IMG/VR virus record: IMGVR_UViG_3300042526_000402 | Location: 71,861 to 135,860 of that record | Reading direction: 5' to 3' (one strand) | DNA: 64,000 nucleotides | Source: a virus | Shown: piece by piece, positions 40,118 to 49,661 of the stretch | Layout of the letters: each line of letters starts with the position of its first letter | How positions within the stretch are numbered: the stretch's first letter is position 1 | The notes under the pieces: generated by a model | Databases searched by the model: none | Seen by the model: the letters and a program-made list of their open reading frames with translations, nothing else | What the model was told of the DNA's origin: nothing | Position numbers and translations under genes: made by a program

Positions 40118-41170
40118 TTATATCACTTTAGTATTATAGTTTAATCTTGCATAGTTTCCTCTTGTAGGAGCTTTGAACATATCATAGTATTTAGAATACT
40201 GTGCTCTTCTATTAGTCCACCATAGTTGCTCCATCTCTTTGAAGTTTGGAGTATTTATAAAACTTAATGCATTTACTCTAGCATCTTTTAATTCAGGTAA
40301 AATGATTTGTAATCTTTGACCAATATTTTCACCATTAAGTGCCAAGTTTTCAAATATTCTTTTCTTAAATGCATACTCATAGTAATCATTAAGTCTTGGG
40401 TGATCAGGAACCATAATGTTTCCATTATCATCAATAAGTTCACCTTGATAGTTTACATATACATGACCATCTTGGAAAGTAGTAAATAAGAAACCATTTT
40501 TAAGCCATCCTTCATCCGGTCCATTGTAATACAAGTTAGGACATTCACATTCTATGTTTTGACTTGGCTTCATTCTTAATTGCACAAGCGTAGTGTACTT
40601 TCTTGTAAGTCCCGCATGAACAACTTGTATTAATTCATATGACTCACCTTTACAATTCATAAATACTCTTGGAGCTACACAAGTATTTCCATAAGGATTT
40701 TCAGGATCATATTCCGGAGTTGTGGTTGTAATAGGTGTATTAAGTTCACAACCTGCTGTATGATTACATGGATTAGAATTACATGTTCTACAGTTAACAG
40801 TTTGAACTGCACATGAATCTACACCACCAGGAAACTCTTGATACTTTACAGTTCCTAAAGGAACCTCTTGTATATTAGTGCCACCTACTCTACCATCATA
40901 GCCTACATGTTCTGTTCTTTCACGACAAGACATACCAAAATTCCATACATAGAAATCATCTGGTAATTTTACTCTACCATGACAAACATCTAATACAACT
41001 TCTTTAGTTTGATTAAGTCTCAAACCTAAGTCATAATTAATTTTTCTAGCTAGTTTAATTAACTGCTGAGGATCTATCATGTTCTCCAATGCAAAAGTTG
41101 GTAGATCAATTAAAACATCTTCCATCAACTGGTCAAATGTTCTGTATTTTATTGTGTAGTTAAAGTCCAT
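40118..41170 (-). CDS. Tail ring / tubular protein (P22 gp4-like) with Cys-rich insertion
   Basis: 350 aa. VKLPDDF and GHVYVNYQG...DDNGNIMVPD motifs. Directly upstream of the muzzle. Confidence 0.65.
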   Translation of the reverse strand: MDFNYTIKYRTFDQLMEDVLIDLPTFALENMIDPQQLIKLARKINYDLGLRLNQTKEVVLDVCHGRVKLPDDFYVWNFGMSCRERTEHVGYDGRVGGTNIQEVPLGTVKYQEFPGGVDSCAVQTVNCRTCNSNPCNHTAGCELNTPITTTTPEYDPENPYGNTCVAPRVFMNCKGESYELIQVVHAGLTRKYTTLVQLRMKPSQNIECECPNLYYNGPDEGWLKNGFLFTTFQDGHVYVNYQGELIDDNGNIMVPDHPRLNDYYEYAFKKRIFENLALNGENIGQRLQIILPELKDARVNALSFINTPNFKEMEQLWWTNRRAQYSKYYDMFKAPTRGNYARLNYNTKVI

Positions 41171-41841
41171 TATCTTAAAGTATTTTGACCATCATCTGGT
41201 CCATCAGTAGGAATTTGTAATGACATTGCTAACTCTTTCACAACCATTTGTTCAATTTCAGAAAATAAATATTCTGGAAATGGTAATGAAAGATCTTGTT
41301 TAAGCTTACACTGATCTTCAGGGTCACATAAAAAATCTCCTTTATCTCCTTGGAACATAGCCTCTACTCTTACAGCCTCCCAAATCAAATTAGGAAAATA
41401 TAAATAGCCATTTAAAAACCAAAAATATTTTCTTTTATTATACTTAAATGTAGTAGATTTAGTTATAGAAACCCAAGTACCAGGATTAGTTCTAAAGATA
41501 ATTTCTGAACCATCTATTGAAGATATGGTACGTATGATTGGTCCAAACATACCGGAAAGCATATCTGGAATTTTTTCTTTACTTCTTTTAAAGTAACAAC
41601 CTGAATATACACCAGTACATCCAGCTTCTATTTTATCAACATCTATTAATTCTACATAAGGTAATACAGAAAATATATTACTCAGCTGCATCAATCTATA
41701 TTGATTATCTTCTCTTTTAAGAAGAGTCTGTCCATACTTTATAATAGAGTAATAGATTACTCTATCAGTCAAGAAGGCATCTTCTTTAACGGCCTTTAGT
41801 GTATTCCTAACCCTTGATATTGCTTCTCCTACTGTAGTCAT
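41170..41841 (-). CDS. Tail ring protein
   Basis: 223 aa. LTDRVIY, YFWFLNGYLY and C-terminal P-x-D-x-x-DD pattern. Synteny with the crAss tail module. Confidence 0.6.
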   Translation of the reverse strand: MTTVGEAISRVRNTLKAVKEDAFLTDRVIYYSIIKYGQTLLKREDNQYRLMQLSNIFSVLPYVELIDVDKIEAGCTGVYSGCYFKRSKEKIPDMLSGMFGPIIRTISSIDGSEIIFRTNPGTWVSITKSTTFKYNKRKYFWFLNGYLYFPNLIWEAVRVEAMFQGDKGDFLCDPEDQCKLKQDLSLPFPEYLFSEIEQMVVKELAMSLQIPTDGPDDGQNTLR

Positions 41842-42419
41842 AAGTCAAATTCATTATAAGTCTCTAATTTTTTTAGAGTTTCTTTATTATTTATTCTTTC
41901 ATACTGCAATTTCTGATATACTTCTTTAATTGCTTTTGTATTTTCTACTACCAAATACATATTCCAATTTTCAGGATATGTTTTAGAAACTGCTCTTTTA
42001 AAATCTCTACATGCTGTAAAACTCCAAAACTCTCTATTTTTTATTTTATGCTTTGGTGCATAGTTTGTAAAAAATATCTTTGCTAACTTTCCATCTGTTG
42101 CAAAATTATTATTAGATACTTCTACACCATATTGATTTGATTTAGCAAAGTCAATGTTCTTCTTCTTACTATGTTGACATGTTCCTATAAAAAGCCATCC
42201 TATCTGTTCTGGTATTTGCACTCCATCTCTATTGTCAATTACCATTGTATATAATGCTTTATTAAATGCTTTAGCAATGTTTTTTAAAGCTTTATTATCA
42301 TAAGTACTATACTTAGGATATTTCTTTTTAAAGCTATCAAAAAACTCTTTATCCAAAAGTGTAAGTATTTCAGGTCTATATCTTGGTGCTGATAAGTCAG
42401 GTTTCTTAAACTCTCTCAT
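41838..42419 (-). CDS. IHF/HU-like DNA-binding protein (crAss tail-module type)
   Basis: 193 aa, basic. Helix pair followed by GVQIPEQIGWLFI and FTACRDFKRAV, resembling the HU/IHF arrangement. crAss-like phages carry an IHF-like gene at this position. Confidence 0.6.
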   Translation of the reverse strand: MREFKKPDLSAPRYRPEILTLLDKEFFDSFKKKYPKYSTYDNKALKNIAKAFNKALYTMVIDNRDGVQIPEQIGWLFIGTCQHSKKKNIDFAKSNQYGVEVSNNNFATDGKLAKIFFTNYAPKHKIKNREFWSFTACRDFKRAVSKTYPENWNMYLVVENTKAIKEVYQKLQYERINNKETLKKLETYNEFDL

Positions 42420-42448
42420 AATAATATAGTAAAAATTAGTTAGTTTAA

Positions 42449-42479
42449 CAAATATAGCTATAAAACAAAACCCCTACAA
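42449..42479 (-). promoter_or_regulatory. Bacteroidota-type sigma70 promoter (TTG-N20-TATATTTG)
   Basis: Minus strand TATATTTG at 42449-42456 matches the TAnnTTTG -7 box, with TTG at 42477-42479 20 nt upstream. Lies upstream of the IHF-like gene. Confidence 0.45.
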
Positions 42480-42489
42480 GTGCAGGGGT
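42461..42489 (-). terminator. Rho-independent terminator after the 185-aa gene
   Basis: Minus strand ACCCCTGC-ACTT-GTAGGGGT followed by TTTGTTTT. Confidence 0.7.
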
Positions 42490-42526
42490 ATGTCTAGTTG
42501 AAGATAAACCAACAAACTGCAACTAA

Positions 42527-43084
42527 TTAGACTGGTGGGGTAAATACTGTAAGAGGCATCTTCATACTCATGTAATGAAACTCCTTTATTTTCTGCATTG
42601 CTACCCCTAGTTTTGTTCTATATTCTGTGTACAATGCTTTTGATGGTACTTGAGCATTTGTATAGTCAACTGTTAAAGTATAGGGTACTTCTTGATTTAT
42701 TGGATAAACCAGTTTTCTTAGTAGAGTAGCAGTTATTATTCCAGATTTTTTATCAAAATGTCCTGCAGGAAATAATGAATTCCAGAATCTTCTATTAACA
42801 TCTTCAAAGGTGTCACTTAAATAAATTATAATACCATTAGAATGATTAATCAATTTTGATAAATCTAATGGATCAATACAATCTGTGCAAATATTACCTT
42901 GGTAATCCCAATACTTTCTTGATACAACTTGTGTTAAATAGTTTGTTAAAGCTATTTTGAAAGCATTTAAAGTAGCTCTTTTTGTTGTTTCTGAGTCTTC
43001 TGCAGAAAGGTTATTTACATCAGGTATATAACCCTCACATGTATTACCTATCATTTTATAAATTTTATAATCAAATGGATCCAT
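42527..43084 (-). CDS. Hypothetical protein
   Basis: 185-aa ORF, co-oriented, at the end of the fibre cluster. No motif recognised. Confidence 0.6.
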   Translation of the reverse strand: MDPFDYKIYKMIGNTCEGYIPDVNNLSAEDSETTKRATLNAFKIALTNYLTQVVSRKYWDYQGNICTDCIDPLDLSKLINHSNGIIIYLSDTFEDVNRRFWNSLFPAGHFDKKSGIITATLLRKLVYPINQEVPYTLTVDYTNAQVPSKALYTEYRTKLGVAMQKIKEFHYMSMKMPLTVFTPPV

Positions 43085-43089
43085 AATAA

Positions 43090-44565
43090 TTAAATTAATT
43101 CATATTTATATCTATGTAATGGTAAAGCATCAGCTGCTAATAAAAAAGTTTGTTGTGCTAAAATGAGTTCATTCCAATATAACTGTTGAGTATCTCTTCT
43201 TTGTCTTTTCAAACCTAACACATCTCCTATTGCACAATCACCTAGATCAGAACTAAACTGATTTATAGTTGGATCCCAAGCATAATACTTATTATCTTCA
43301 TTACACCAAAAATATTCACCTGGTATACCAACTGTTGGTATTTCAGAAATTAAGTCTACAGGTGGTAATAATACCATATGATCTTTAACTGTTGGTAGTC
43401 TATCAACTATTCTATCACCATTCAAACAAGCAAATTGATAATTATTCCATATCCAGTAAGTATATTCTGGACATCCAAAGTCTAATGTAGCTGAAGATAA
43501 TCTTCCTTTGTACACTATTGTCTGATCAGCCATACCATCAGGTTCCCAAAGAGAGTAGTCTAAAGGTAAAAATGCAGCACAATTTGTATCCGCATTTTTT
43601 TTATTTTGAGTACTAACAAGTATACAATATATACCCATTAAATAATCATTTCTTAGGTCTCTATAATCATTTACAAAATCTTCACTTGGACCAATACAAC
43701 CAAAACTTTTTAATTCAGAACAGCTTATTGTTGTATCATCTCTATCTAAAAAATTTACACCAGGCATTCCAAAATTTAAAAACTGTAGATTACCTCCAAC
43801 ATATTCTGAATATATACCTTCTTCATCTTGTTCTTGAACATAACAGTCACAAGAGAAATCATAATACACAGATTTTTTACAACCTATTGAATCTGTTACA
43901 TCTAACCTAACTAAAGTAGATTTAATTACATCTCTTTGATCACATACTAAAGATGTGTTTTCAGTTAAATCTTGTGGTTGTAAAGGAGTAATCCAAGTTT
44001 GTACACAAATAATTTCTGTACTTTCTCCTGCTAATAATGTAAATGATATTTGAATACTTTCACAATTTATATAAGTATAGTTCCTACTAGTACTTCTACT
44101 ATTTGTTAGTATTAAATAATTACAAGTAATTGGATAATTTGCTAGAATAGAATTAGCTCCTATAGTATCTAAATCAAGAGTACTAAGATTAGTATCACCT
44201 AATACATCATGTCCTACAAAAGGACCTTGTACTATTGTCCAGTTATATGTATAAGGTCCTGTTCCATTTGTTACTGATGCTGTAAGAGAAGGATAGCTAC
44301 CCTCAATCCCGCTTATTGATACTGACATAGCACAATTCTCACAAGCTGCAGTAAAAAGCTTCTGAAGAGCTACTTCTACATTATCATTTTGTAATATAAG
44401 ATCATACTCCTGACACAATAATAAATCTTGACCAGAGTATGCAATACAAGCTGCATCTATAATTTCAGAACATTTAGTATTCTGAATACACTCTTGTGTA
44501 ATACATGGTTGTGGTGCTGTAAATAAAGTTCCTCTACAACTTTTACATTTTTGAATGTTGCTCAT
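43090..44565 (-). CDS. Cys-rich fibre-like structural protein with SprB-like Ig domain
   Basis: 491 aa. N-terminal C..I.A.CI.Y.G.DL module, then GTGPYTYNW...VTDSIGC. Confidence 0.55.
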   Translation of the reverse strand: MSNIQKCKSCRGTLFTAPQPCITQECIQNTKCSEIIDAACIAYSGQDLLLCQEYDLILQNDNVEVALQKLFTAACENCAMSVSISGIEGSYPSLTASVTNGTGPYTYNWTIVQGPFVGHDVLGDTNLSTLDLDTIGANSILANYPITCNYLILTNSRSTSRNYTYINCESIQISFTLLAGESTEIICVQTWITPLQPQDLTENTSLVCDQRDVIKSTLVRLDVTDSIGCKKSVYYDFSCDCYVQEQDEEGIYSEYVGGNLQFLNFGMPGVNFLDRDDTTISCSELKSFGCIGPSEDFVNDYRDLRNDYLMGIYCILVSTQNKKNADTNCAAFLPLDYSLWEPDGMADQTIVYKGRLSSATLDFGCPEYTYWIWNNYQFACLNGDRIVDRLPTVKDHMVLLPPVDLISEIPTVGIPGEYFWCNEDNKYYAWDPTINQFSSDLGDCAIGDVLGLKRQRRDTQQLYWNELILAQQTFLLAADALPLHRYKYELI

Positions 44566-44571
44566 AATATT

Positions 44572-45114
44572 TTATGTTAATGATACAGAATTAGCAATTG
44601 TGTAATAAGCATCTGCTGTACATCCTTTTGCATCTGTAACTTTAAGTTTAATTAATGTTTTATATATAGCATTTCCAGAAATACCTTGAAAATAATTATT
44701 AGCATTGGTTGCTAAAGTTAATGTAGAAGTGTTAAGAGCACCAAGAGTATGACCAGCATATCCTGAATTTTGATTTGCTATCCATGCATAAGTATAAGGA
44801 CCTGTGCCTCCTATAATTACAGATTCTAATAAAAAATCATTTGTAGAAGACAAATTAATAGTTACACTTAAATTACATTTACATAAAAATTCTACTATGT
44901 TAGATAGTATTTGTGATAATGGATTGTTAGCAAATATAATACTCTTAGTACCACACTTAATATCAGCTGTAGTATATTCAAAGCAAAGAGCATTAAACAT
45001 TTCTGCATCATTACACTTATTTGGTGTAGGGCAAATTACTTCAAAAGGTCTAACTGTTTCACAGTTACACGTTTCAAAGTTACATACATTACATTTATTA
45101 CAATTACTTTCCAT
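44572..45114 (-). CDS. Cys-rich fibre-like protein with SprB-like Ig domain
   Basis: 180 aa. Same N-terminal module, then GGTGPYTYAW...VTDAKGC. Confidence 0.55.
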   Translation of the reverse strand: MESNCNKCNVCNFETCNCETVRPFEVICPTPNKCNDAEMFNALCFEYTTADIKCGTKSIIFANNPLSQILSNIVEFLCKCNLSVTINLSSTNDFLLESVIIGGTGPYTYAWIANQNSGYAGHTLGALNTSTLTLATNANNYFQGISGNAIYKTLIKLKVTDAKGCTADAYYTIANSVSLT

Positions 45115-45125
45115 TTTTATTATAA

Positions 45126-45737
45126 TTATTCTGGTTCATATTGACAATATTCTTGATCAATTACAGCATTGTAAAAGAAATCATGACTACAACCAAAAGT
45201 ATCTATTACTTCAATTCTTATAGTACCAGCATATTTTTTATTATCACCCGGTCCTATATAAAATTTATTAGGTAAACAATACACAATAACATAAAAACCA
45301 AATGTCCCACTAACCACAGGAGTAAAGCATAATGGATAATTTACTTGATCATAAGTTACACAATCAGAAAGTGTAATACCAGTAAAAGGTCCTTGTACTA
45401 TAGAAGCATTAATTGTATAAGGTTGTACACCACCAATAATATTAAAACCCAATGCTGAACCTACATATACACCACCTGTTTGAAAAGTAAACTCAATATC
45501 TATTTCACAATTTTTATTACAGATTGTATCTACAAGTGTTGTTAACACAGTAGGTAATGATTCTCCTGATTCCACAAGTACCTCACCATTACAAACTATT
45601 GGATCGCCTGTATAGTTAACACAATCAAGATCAAATATCTGTTCACAGTCTGGCGCAGGTGGACAGTTTCCACCATACTCACAAGGAGTAGGTGGAATTG
45701 GTGCAATATTTTTACAATCTTTTTTCATTATGGGCAA
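45126..45737 (-). CDS. Cys-rich fibre-like protein with SprB-like Ig domain
   Basis: 203 aa. CEQIFDLDCVNYTGDPIVC module, then GGVQPYT...VIDTFGC. Confidence 0.55.
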   Translation of the reverse strand: MPIMKKDCKNIAPIPPTPCEYGGNCPPAPDCEQIFDLDCVNYTGDPIVCNGEVLVESGESLPTVLTTLVDTICNKNCEIDIEFTFQTGGVYVGSALGFNIIGGVQPYTINASIVQGPFTGITLSDCVTYDQVNYPLCFTPVVSGTFGFYVIVYCLPNKFYIGPGDNKKYAGTIRIEVIDTFGCSHDFFYNAVIDQEYCQYEPE

Positions 45738-47800
45738 GGATTACCTTTAAGATCTGTGTTACATGGAGCTAAATATGCCATCATACCATCTAAACTCATC
45801 CAACCAAAACCACCTACTTGTGAAGGATTATTAGGATCACAACTAAAAGGATAAACTCCGATATCATTAACATCTTCATCATTGCTTGAATAAGAATATC
45901 TCATCAACATGTTTTGAATATCTATATTTGGTGAAGAACCTAATGTGATATCATCAGCAGGATCCGGGGCTCTTCTAAAATAGGGAATATTTTCATTAAC
46001 TTTAACAGGTGGAGCTAGTATATTTAGCATACTTGTAGCAAAACTAGATGAACCATTTGTACTTACACCAGATGAAGCATTTTCTTCTAAATCTCTAAGC
46101 ATTTGTAAACCAATTTTTTTATCAGTTGTAATATAAATTCTAGCAAGCATATGTATCATAGAAGAGTAAGGTTGTCTACTATTAGCTGGTGATGGAATTT
46201 TACTTCTAAAAAATCTTGAACCTATTACCCAACTAGTAAAAATTGAATGCTCAAAATTTTCACCATTTCCTACAACGGATAAAGGAACAACACGAGTGTT
46301 ATTATTAAACTGAAGTGCTCCTGAAAATAGTCCACTTGTTCCTGTTGATAAGTTAACACCTTCCGCACCTTGCCATGGAAGAATATCTGTTAATGAACCA
46401 TATGTATCAACATAAGGTGTATTACCTGAATAATTATAAGGAACTACAGCTGTATTAGGAGTATTAGCTAAAGGAATCATTAGACTACCTCTAAAATAAA
46501 CAACATTTCCAATTCTTCTACACTGAGGTTTAACTGAAGCAAATTGAAACCAACTAAAACCTTCTAAGTCTTGCCATCCAGTATCTACTATTCGAGCTTT
46601 GATATTCCAATCAGTACCTACAGTAGTGAGTGTTAGGTCTATTGAGTTACTATCTGTTACTGTTAGTCCTTTACCTGCAACAGTATAAGTTGTATCTCCT
46701 GCTGTTGGTCCAGTTTGTGTAACAGTAATGTTTGCTCCTTGTTGTACAATTGTTTCTTTACCATTAACAGTATAAGTTGTTACATTAGCAACAGTATTAG
46801 GAGTTACTGTAATATTATCTCCAGCAGCTACAATAGGTAAATTAGCAGATACAGTTACAGTATCTTTATTACCACATGCTGTATTAGCGGTAGTAGTTGT
46901 AATATTTACACTTGTGTCACCTGTTACATTTTTAACTTCATATGTTTTATGAGCTTTTCTAATATCAGAAACAGTAATCCATAAGTTTTTAAAACTATCA
47001 CTTAAATTTAAAGGTGTTGCCGTCCAAGAACTATATTCTGATTGCATTGCTGTACCGCAATTAAATAATGATGCTGAAGCTCCTGTGGTACCAATATAAT
47101 TACCAACAGTTATGCTTTGAAATAGATAGGCATTAGTAACATTTCCTGGTCTACCTAATGAAAACAATAATGCACAATAACCATTTGTATCATCATTTAC
47201 TAAAGCTTCAAGTATATCCCTTAAATTGTGTGAAGTATTTTCTGAAACAGTACTACTCAATGTACAGTCTACTGTGAAAGATGGTAATACATATGGTACT
47301 GGAGGTGGTGTGTTTTCTAATTCAGTTACTCTGTTATCAATATTAGTAATTGTAGTATTTATAGTACCTATCTGATCAACAAGACTACAAACTTTTTCAC
47401 CAATCATCTGTACATAATCAAGCAACAACATTGTTGTTTGTGTTGCTGATGTTTTAAAGCAATCTGCTATAGGAACAATACAGTTAGTAGGACACGGGTC
47501 AGTTATTGCAGCAGGTCCTGGTGTTCCAGTTCCAGCATTACATATTTTGTTAATTAATAACTGTATTAATTCACTAAATGTATCTGGAGGATTATTACCA
47601 ACCTGTAAACATGTAAGATCTAAATTACTTAAATCTAACTGATTCATGATTGTACATAATTCAGTAGCTAAATTATATATTACTGTGGATATACTATCTC
47701 CTGTACATAAACTGATACAGTCTATATTTGGTCCTTGCCAGATAACACAGTTACTAGATACTGGAGAACATGGAGAATTATCTAAATTTAATGGTTTCAT
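45728..47800 (-). CDS. Tail fibre / receptor-binding protein
   Basis: 690 aa. N-terminal Cys module, short coiled coil, two V..G.NITVT...TTYTV.G stalk repeats, and a C-terminal head starting DTGWQDL...CRRIGNVVYFRG as in phage RBP heads. Confidence 0.65.
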   Translation of the reverse strand: MKPLNLDNSPCSPVSSNCVIWQGPNIDCISLCTGDSISTVIYNLATELCTIMNQLDLSNLDLTCLQVGNNPPDTFSELIQLLINKICNAGTGTPGPAAITDPCPTNCIVPIADCFKTSATQTTMLLLDYVQMIGEKVCSLVDQIGTINTTITNIDNRVTELENTPPPVPYVLPSFTVDCTLSSTVSENTSHNLRDILEALVNDDTNGYCALLFSLGRPGNVTNAYLFQSITVGNYIGTTGASASLFNCGTAMQSEYSSWTATPLNLSDSFKNLWITVSDIRKAHKTYEVKNVTGDTSVNITTTTANTACGNKDTVTVSANLPIVAAGDNITVTPNTVANVTTYTVNGKETIVQQGANITVTQTGPTAGDTTYTVAGKGLTVTDSNSIDLTLTTVGTDWNIKARIVDTGWQDLEGFSWFQFASVKPQCRRIGNVVYFRGSLMIPLANTPNTAVVPYNYSGNTPYVDTYGSLTDILPWQGAEGVNLSTGTSGLFSGALQFNNNTRVVPLSVVGNGENFEHSIFTSWVIGSRFFRSKIPSPANSRQPYSSMIHMLARIYITTDKKIGLQMLRDLEENASSGVSTNGSSSFATSMLNILAPPVKVNENIPYFRRAPDPADDITLGSSPNIDIQNMLMRYSYSSNDEDVNDIGVYPFSCDPNNPSQVGGFGWMSLDGMMAYLAPCNTDLKGNPCP

Positions 47801-47813
47801 AATTAATACTAGT

Positions 47814-47825
47814 TAATATAATATA
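47814..47825 (-). promoter_or_regulatory. Candidate late-promoter element TATATTA (tandem copy)
   Basis: Minus strand TATATTATATTA 13 nt upstream of the 690-aa start. Confidence 0.4.
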
Positions 47826-47838
47826 CAAAATAATATTG

Positions 47839-49419
47839 TTAATTACAATATGGATTACTACAACAGTCTGTTGAAATAGTACATACTATAGACTTGTCTC
47901 TTAGTGATGCTAAGTCAATAAGTTCTTTTCTTATTAAAGATTGTTCATCTTCTTCCGGACAGCAATTTGAAATACCATATCTTTCAGTAAGAACTCTATG
48001 ATATAATATTTCTGCAGCTGTACAAGAAATAGATTCAAATTTATCTGGAGTACATGCAGGAACCGTATAACCTGGTTCTACTAATCTACCTGTTCTTTGT
48101 ACTGGACAAACCCAAGGATTATCATTAAATAAAGTTGGACCAGAATTAAGAGGCTGTTCATAAATATTGATACATGCTCCATATTGTATAACTATGTCTG
48201 TTGCAGGATCAATTGGAATAGCCCATCCAGCACTACAAAATTTATCACTTGTCTCATTTGGTTCAAGTGTAAACTGAGGTTCAAAAATTTCTCCAGTATT
48301 ATCATAAATATAATACTGGTATGTTTTTGCTACTGCAGAATCATTTGTTACTCTAATACATCCAACCTCTGCTTTTGGTTTACAATCAATACAAGTTTCA
48401 AATTCAGCAGCTATTTGTACCTCTACACTTTGTTGTCCTGTAAGTAAAGTGTGTTCTTCAACATTCCAACATATTGGTTTATTTACAAGATTAATTACTT
48501 TACCCACATAATCCGTCATGTTAGTATATGTGATAATTGGCGCAGCAGAACCTTCACAGTCTGTAAGAATCCAATATTCTCTTAAACATATTTCACAATT
48601 TTTAAAGTTTTCTTCAATAGTTATAACTGATGTTGTAGGAGGCTTAATGTTTATTTGCTCAATACTCCAGCATCCACCACATGTTGAATCTGTAATTGTT
48701 CTACCTACATAAGCAGATAAATCTTGTTCAGTAAATTTTACTTCACCTGTCTCACAGTTAGTAACTCTATAAGCAATTACAGGAAGACAATCAATACATG
48801 TAGCATATGACTTACTTACAACAACAGAAACTGCACAATCACAATCTTCTACTGATTCAGCTTTACTTATAGTCCAGCAACCATCTTCACCAACAAGACT
48901 TACAATTTTATTTTGAGCCCATAATGTTTCTAAAGCAGAAGACGTAGATTGAATAACAATTAAAGGATCCGCACAATTTGTTAACAAGTAACAAGTTGGT
49001 TGGCTAACACATGGTTCTCCTTCAACACATTCTCCATTAAAAACTATAGCAGGTGTACCACTAGTTGTAGAAACTTGTGGTATAATTTTAGTACATATGT
49101 TTGTGGGACCCGCAGCTGAAGATAATACATCATTTGTATTAACATAAGTAATAGCACCTGATGTTACATAATAACAATATGCAGCAACCGCTGTTGGTTC
49201 ACCTGTAATAACTACTGTTGAAGGACTAGGACAATTGCTTTGATCAGGATTTAATACCACATAATAAGTTCCACCATATACACCACTTATTGTAACATCA
49301 AAATTAAAAAATTTATTAGTGTCAACAACATCAATAGTAGACCAATATAAAATTTCTTGTAATTCTGCAGGATTATCTTTTACTGGATATAATATGTAAC
49401 ATTTAGGTCTTACTGCCAT
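47839..49419 (-). CDS. Cys-rich structural protein with three internal repeats
   Basis: 526 aa. Three roughly 70-aa repeats of the form Y.LT.C...Y.G....CW....C..C, and a C-terminal RYGISNCC motif. Confidence 0.55.
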   Translation of the reverse strand: MAVRPKCYILYPVKDNPAELQEILYWSTIDVVDTNKFFNFDVTISGVYGGTYYVVLNPDQSNCPSPSTVVITGEPTAVAAYCYYVTSGAITYVNTNDVLSSAAGPTNICTKIIPQVSTTSGTPAIVFNGECVEGEPCVSQPTCYLLTNCADPLIVIQSTSSALETLWAQNKIVSLVGEDGCWTISKAESVEDCDCAVSVVVSKSYATCIDCLPVIAYRVTNCETGEVKFTEQDLSAYVGRTITDSTCGGCWSIEQINIKPPTTSVITIEENFKNCEICLREYWILTDCEGSAAPIITYTNMTDYVGKVINLVNKPICWNVEEHTLLTGQQSVEVQIAAEFETCIDCKPKAEVGCIRVTNDSAVAKTYQYYIYDNTGEIFEPQFTLEPNETSDKFCSAGWAIPIDPATDIVIQYGACINIYEQPLNSGPTLFNDNPWVCPVQRTGRLVEPGYTVPACTPDKFESISCTAAEILYHRVLTERYGISNCCPEEDEQSLIRKELIDLASLRDKSIVCTISTDCCSNPYCN

Positions 49420-49425
49420 GATAGT

Positions 49426-49638
49426 TTATTTTTTAATTGTGTTCACATATCTGTTTGCACCCCATACATTTTTTTGTACAGTTAGTGTTGGTGAACCTGT
49501 TGTAGTAGTTGTTGTAGGTTTAGAAGTTAAACCTTTTTCATAAAATGATATGCAGTTTGAACAACAAGCTTTACCATCACTAGCAGTTTTTCTTTGGCAT
49601 CCGCAAGATAGTCTTGCACCACAATTTGAACATGTCAT
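49426..49638 (-). CDS. Small Cys-rich (putative Zn-binding) protein
   Basis: 70 aa. CSNC...CGC...CCSNC. Confidence 0.6.
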   Translation of the reverse strand: MTCSNCGARLSCGCQRKTASDGKACCSNCISFYEKGLTSKPTTTTTTGSPTLTVQKNVWGANRYVNTIKK

Positions 49639-49661
49639 AATAGTTAGTTTTTAAATTAGTA

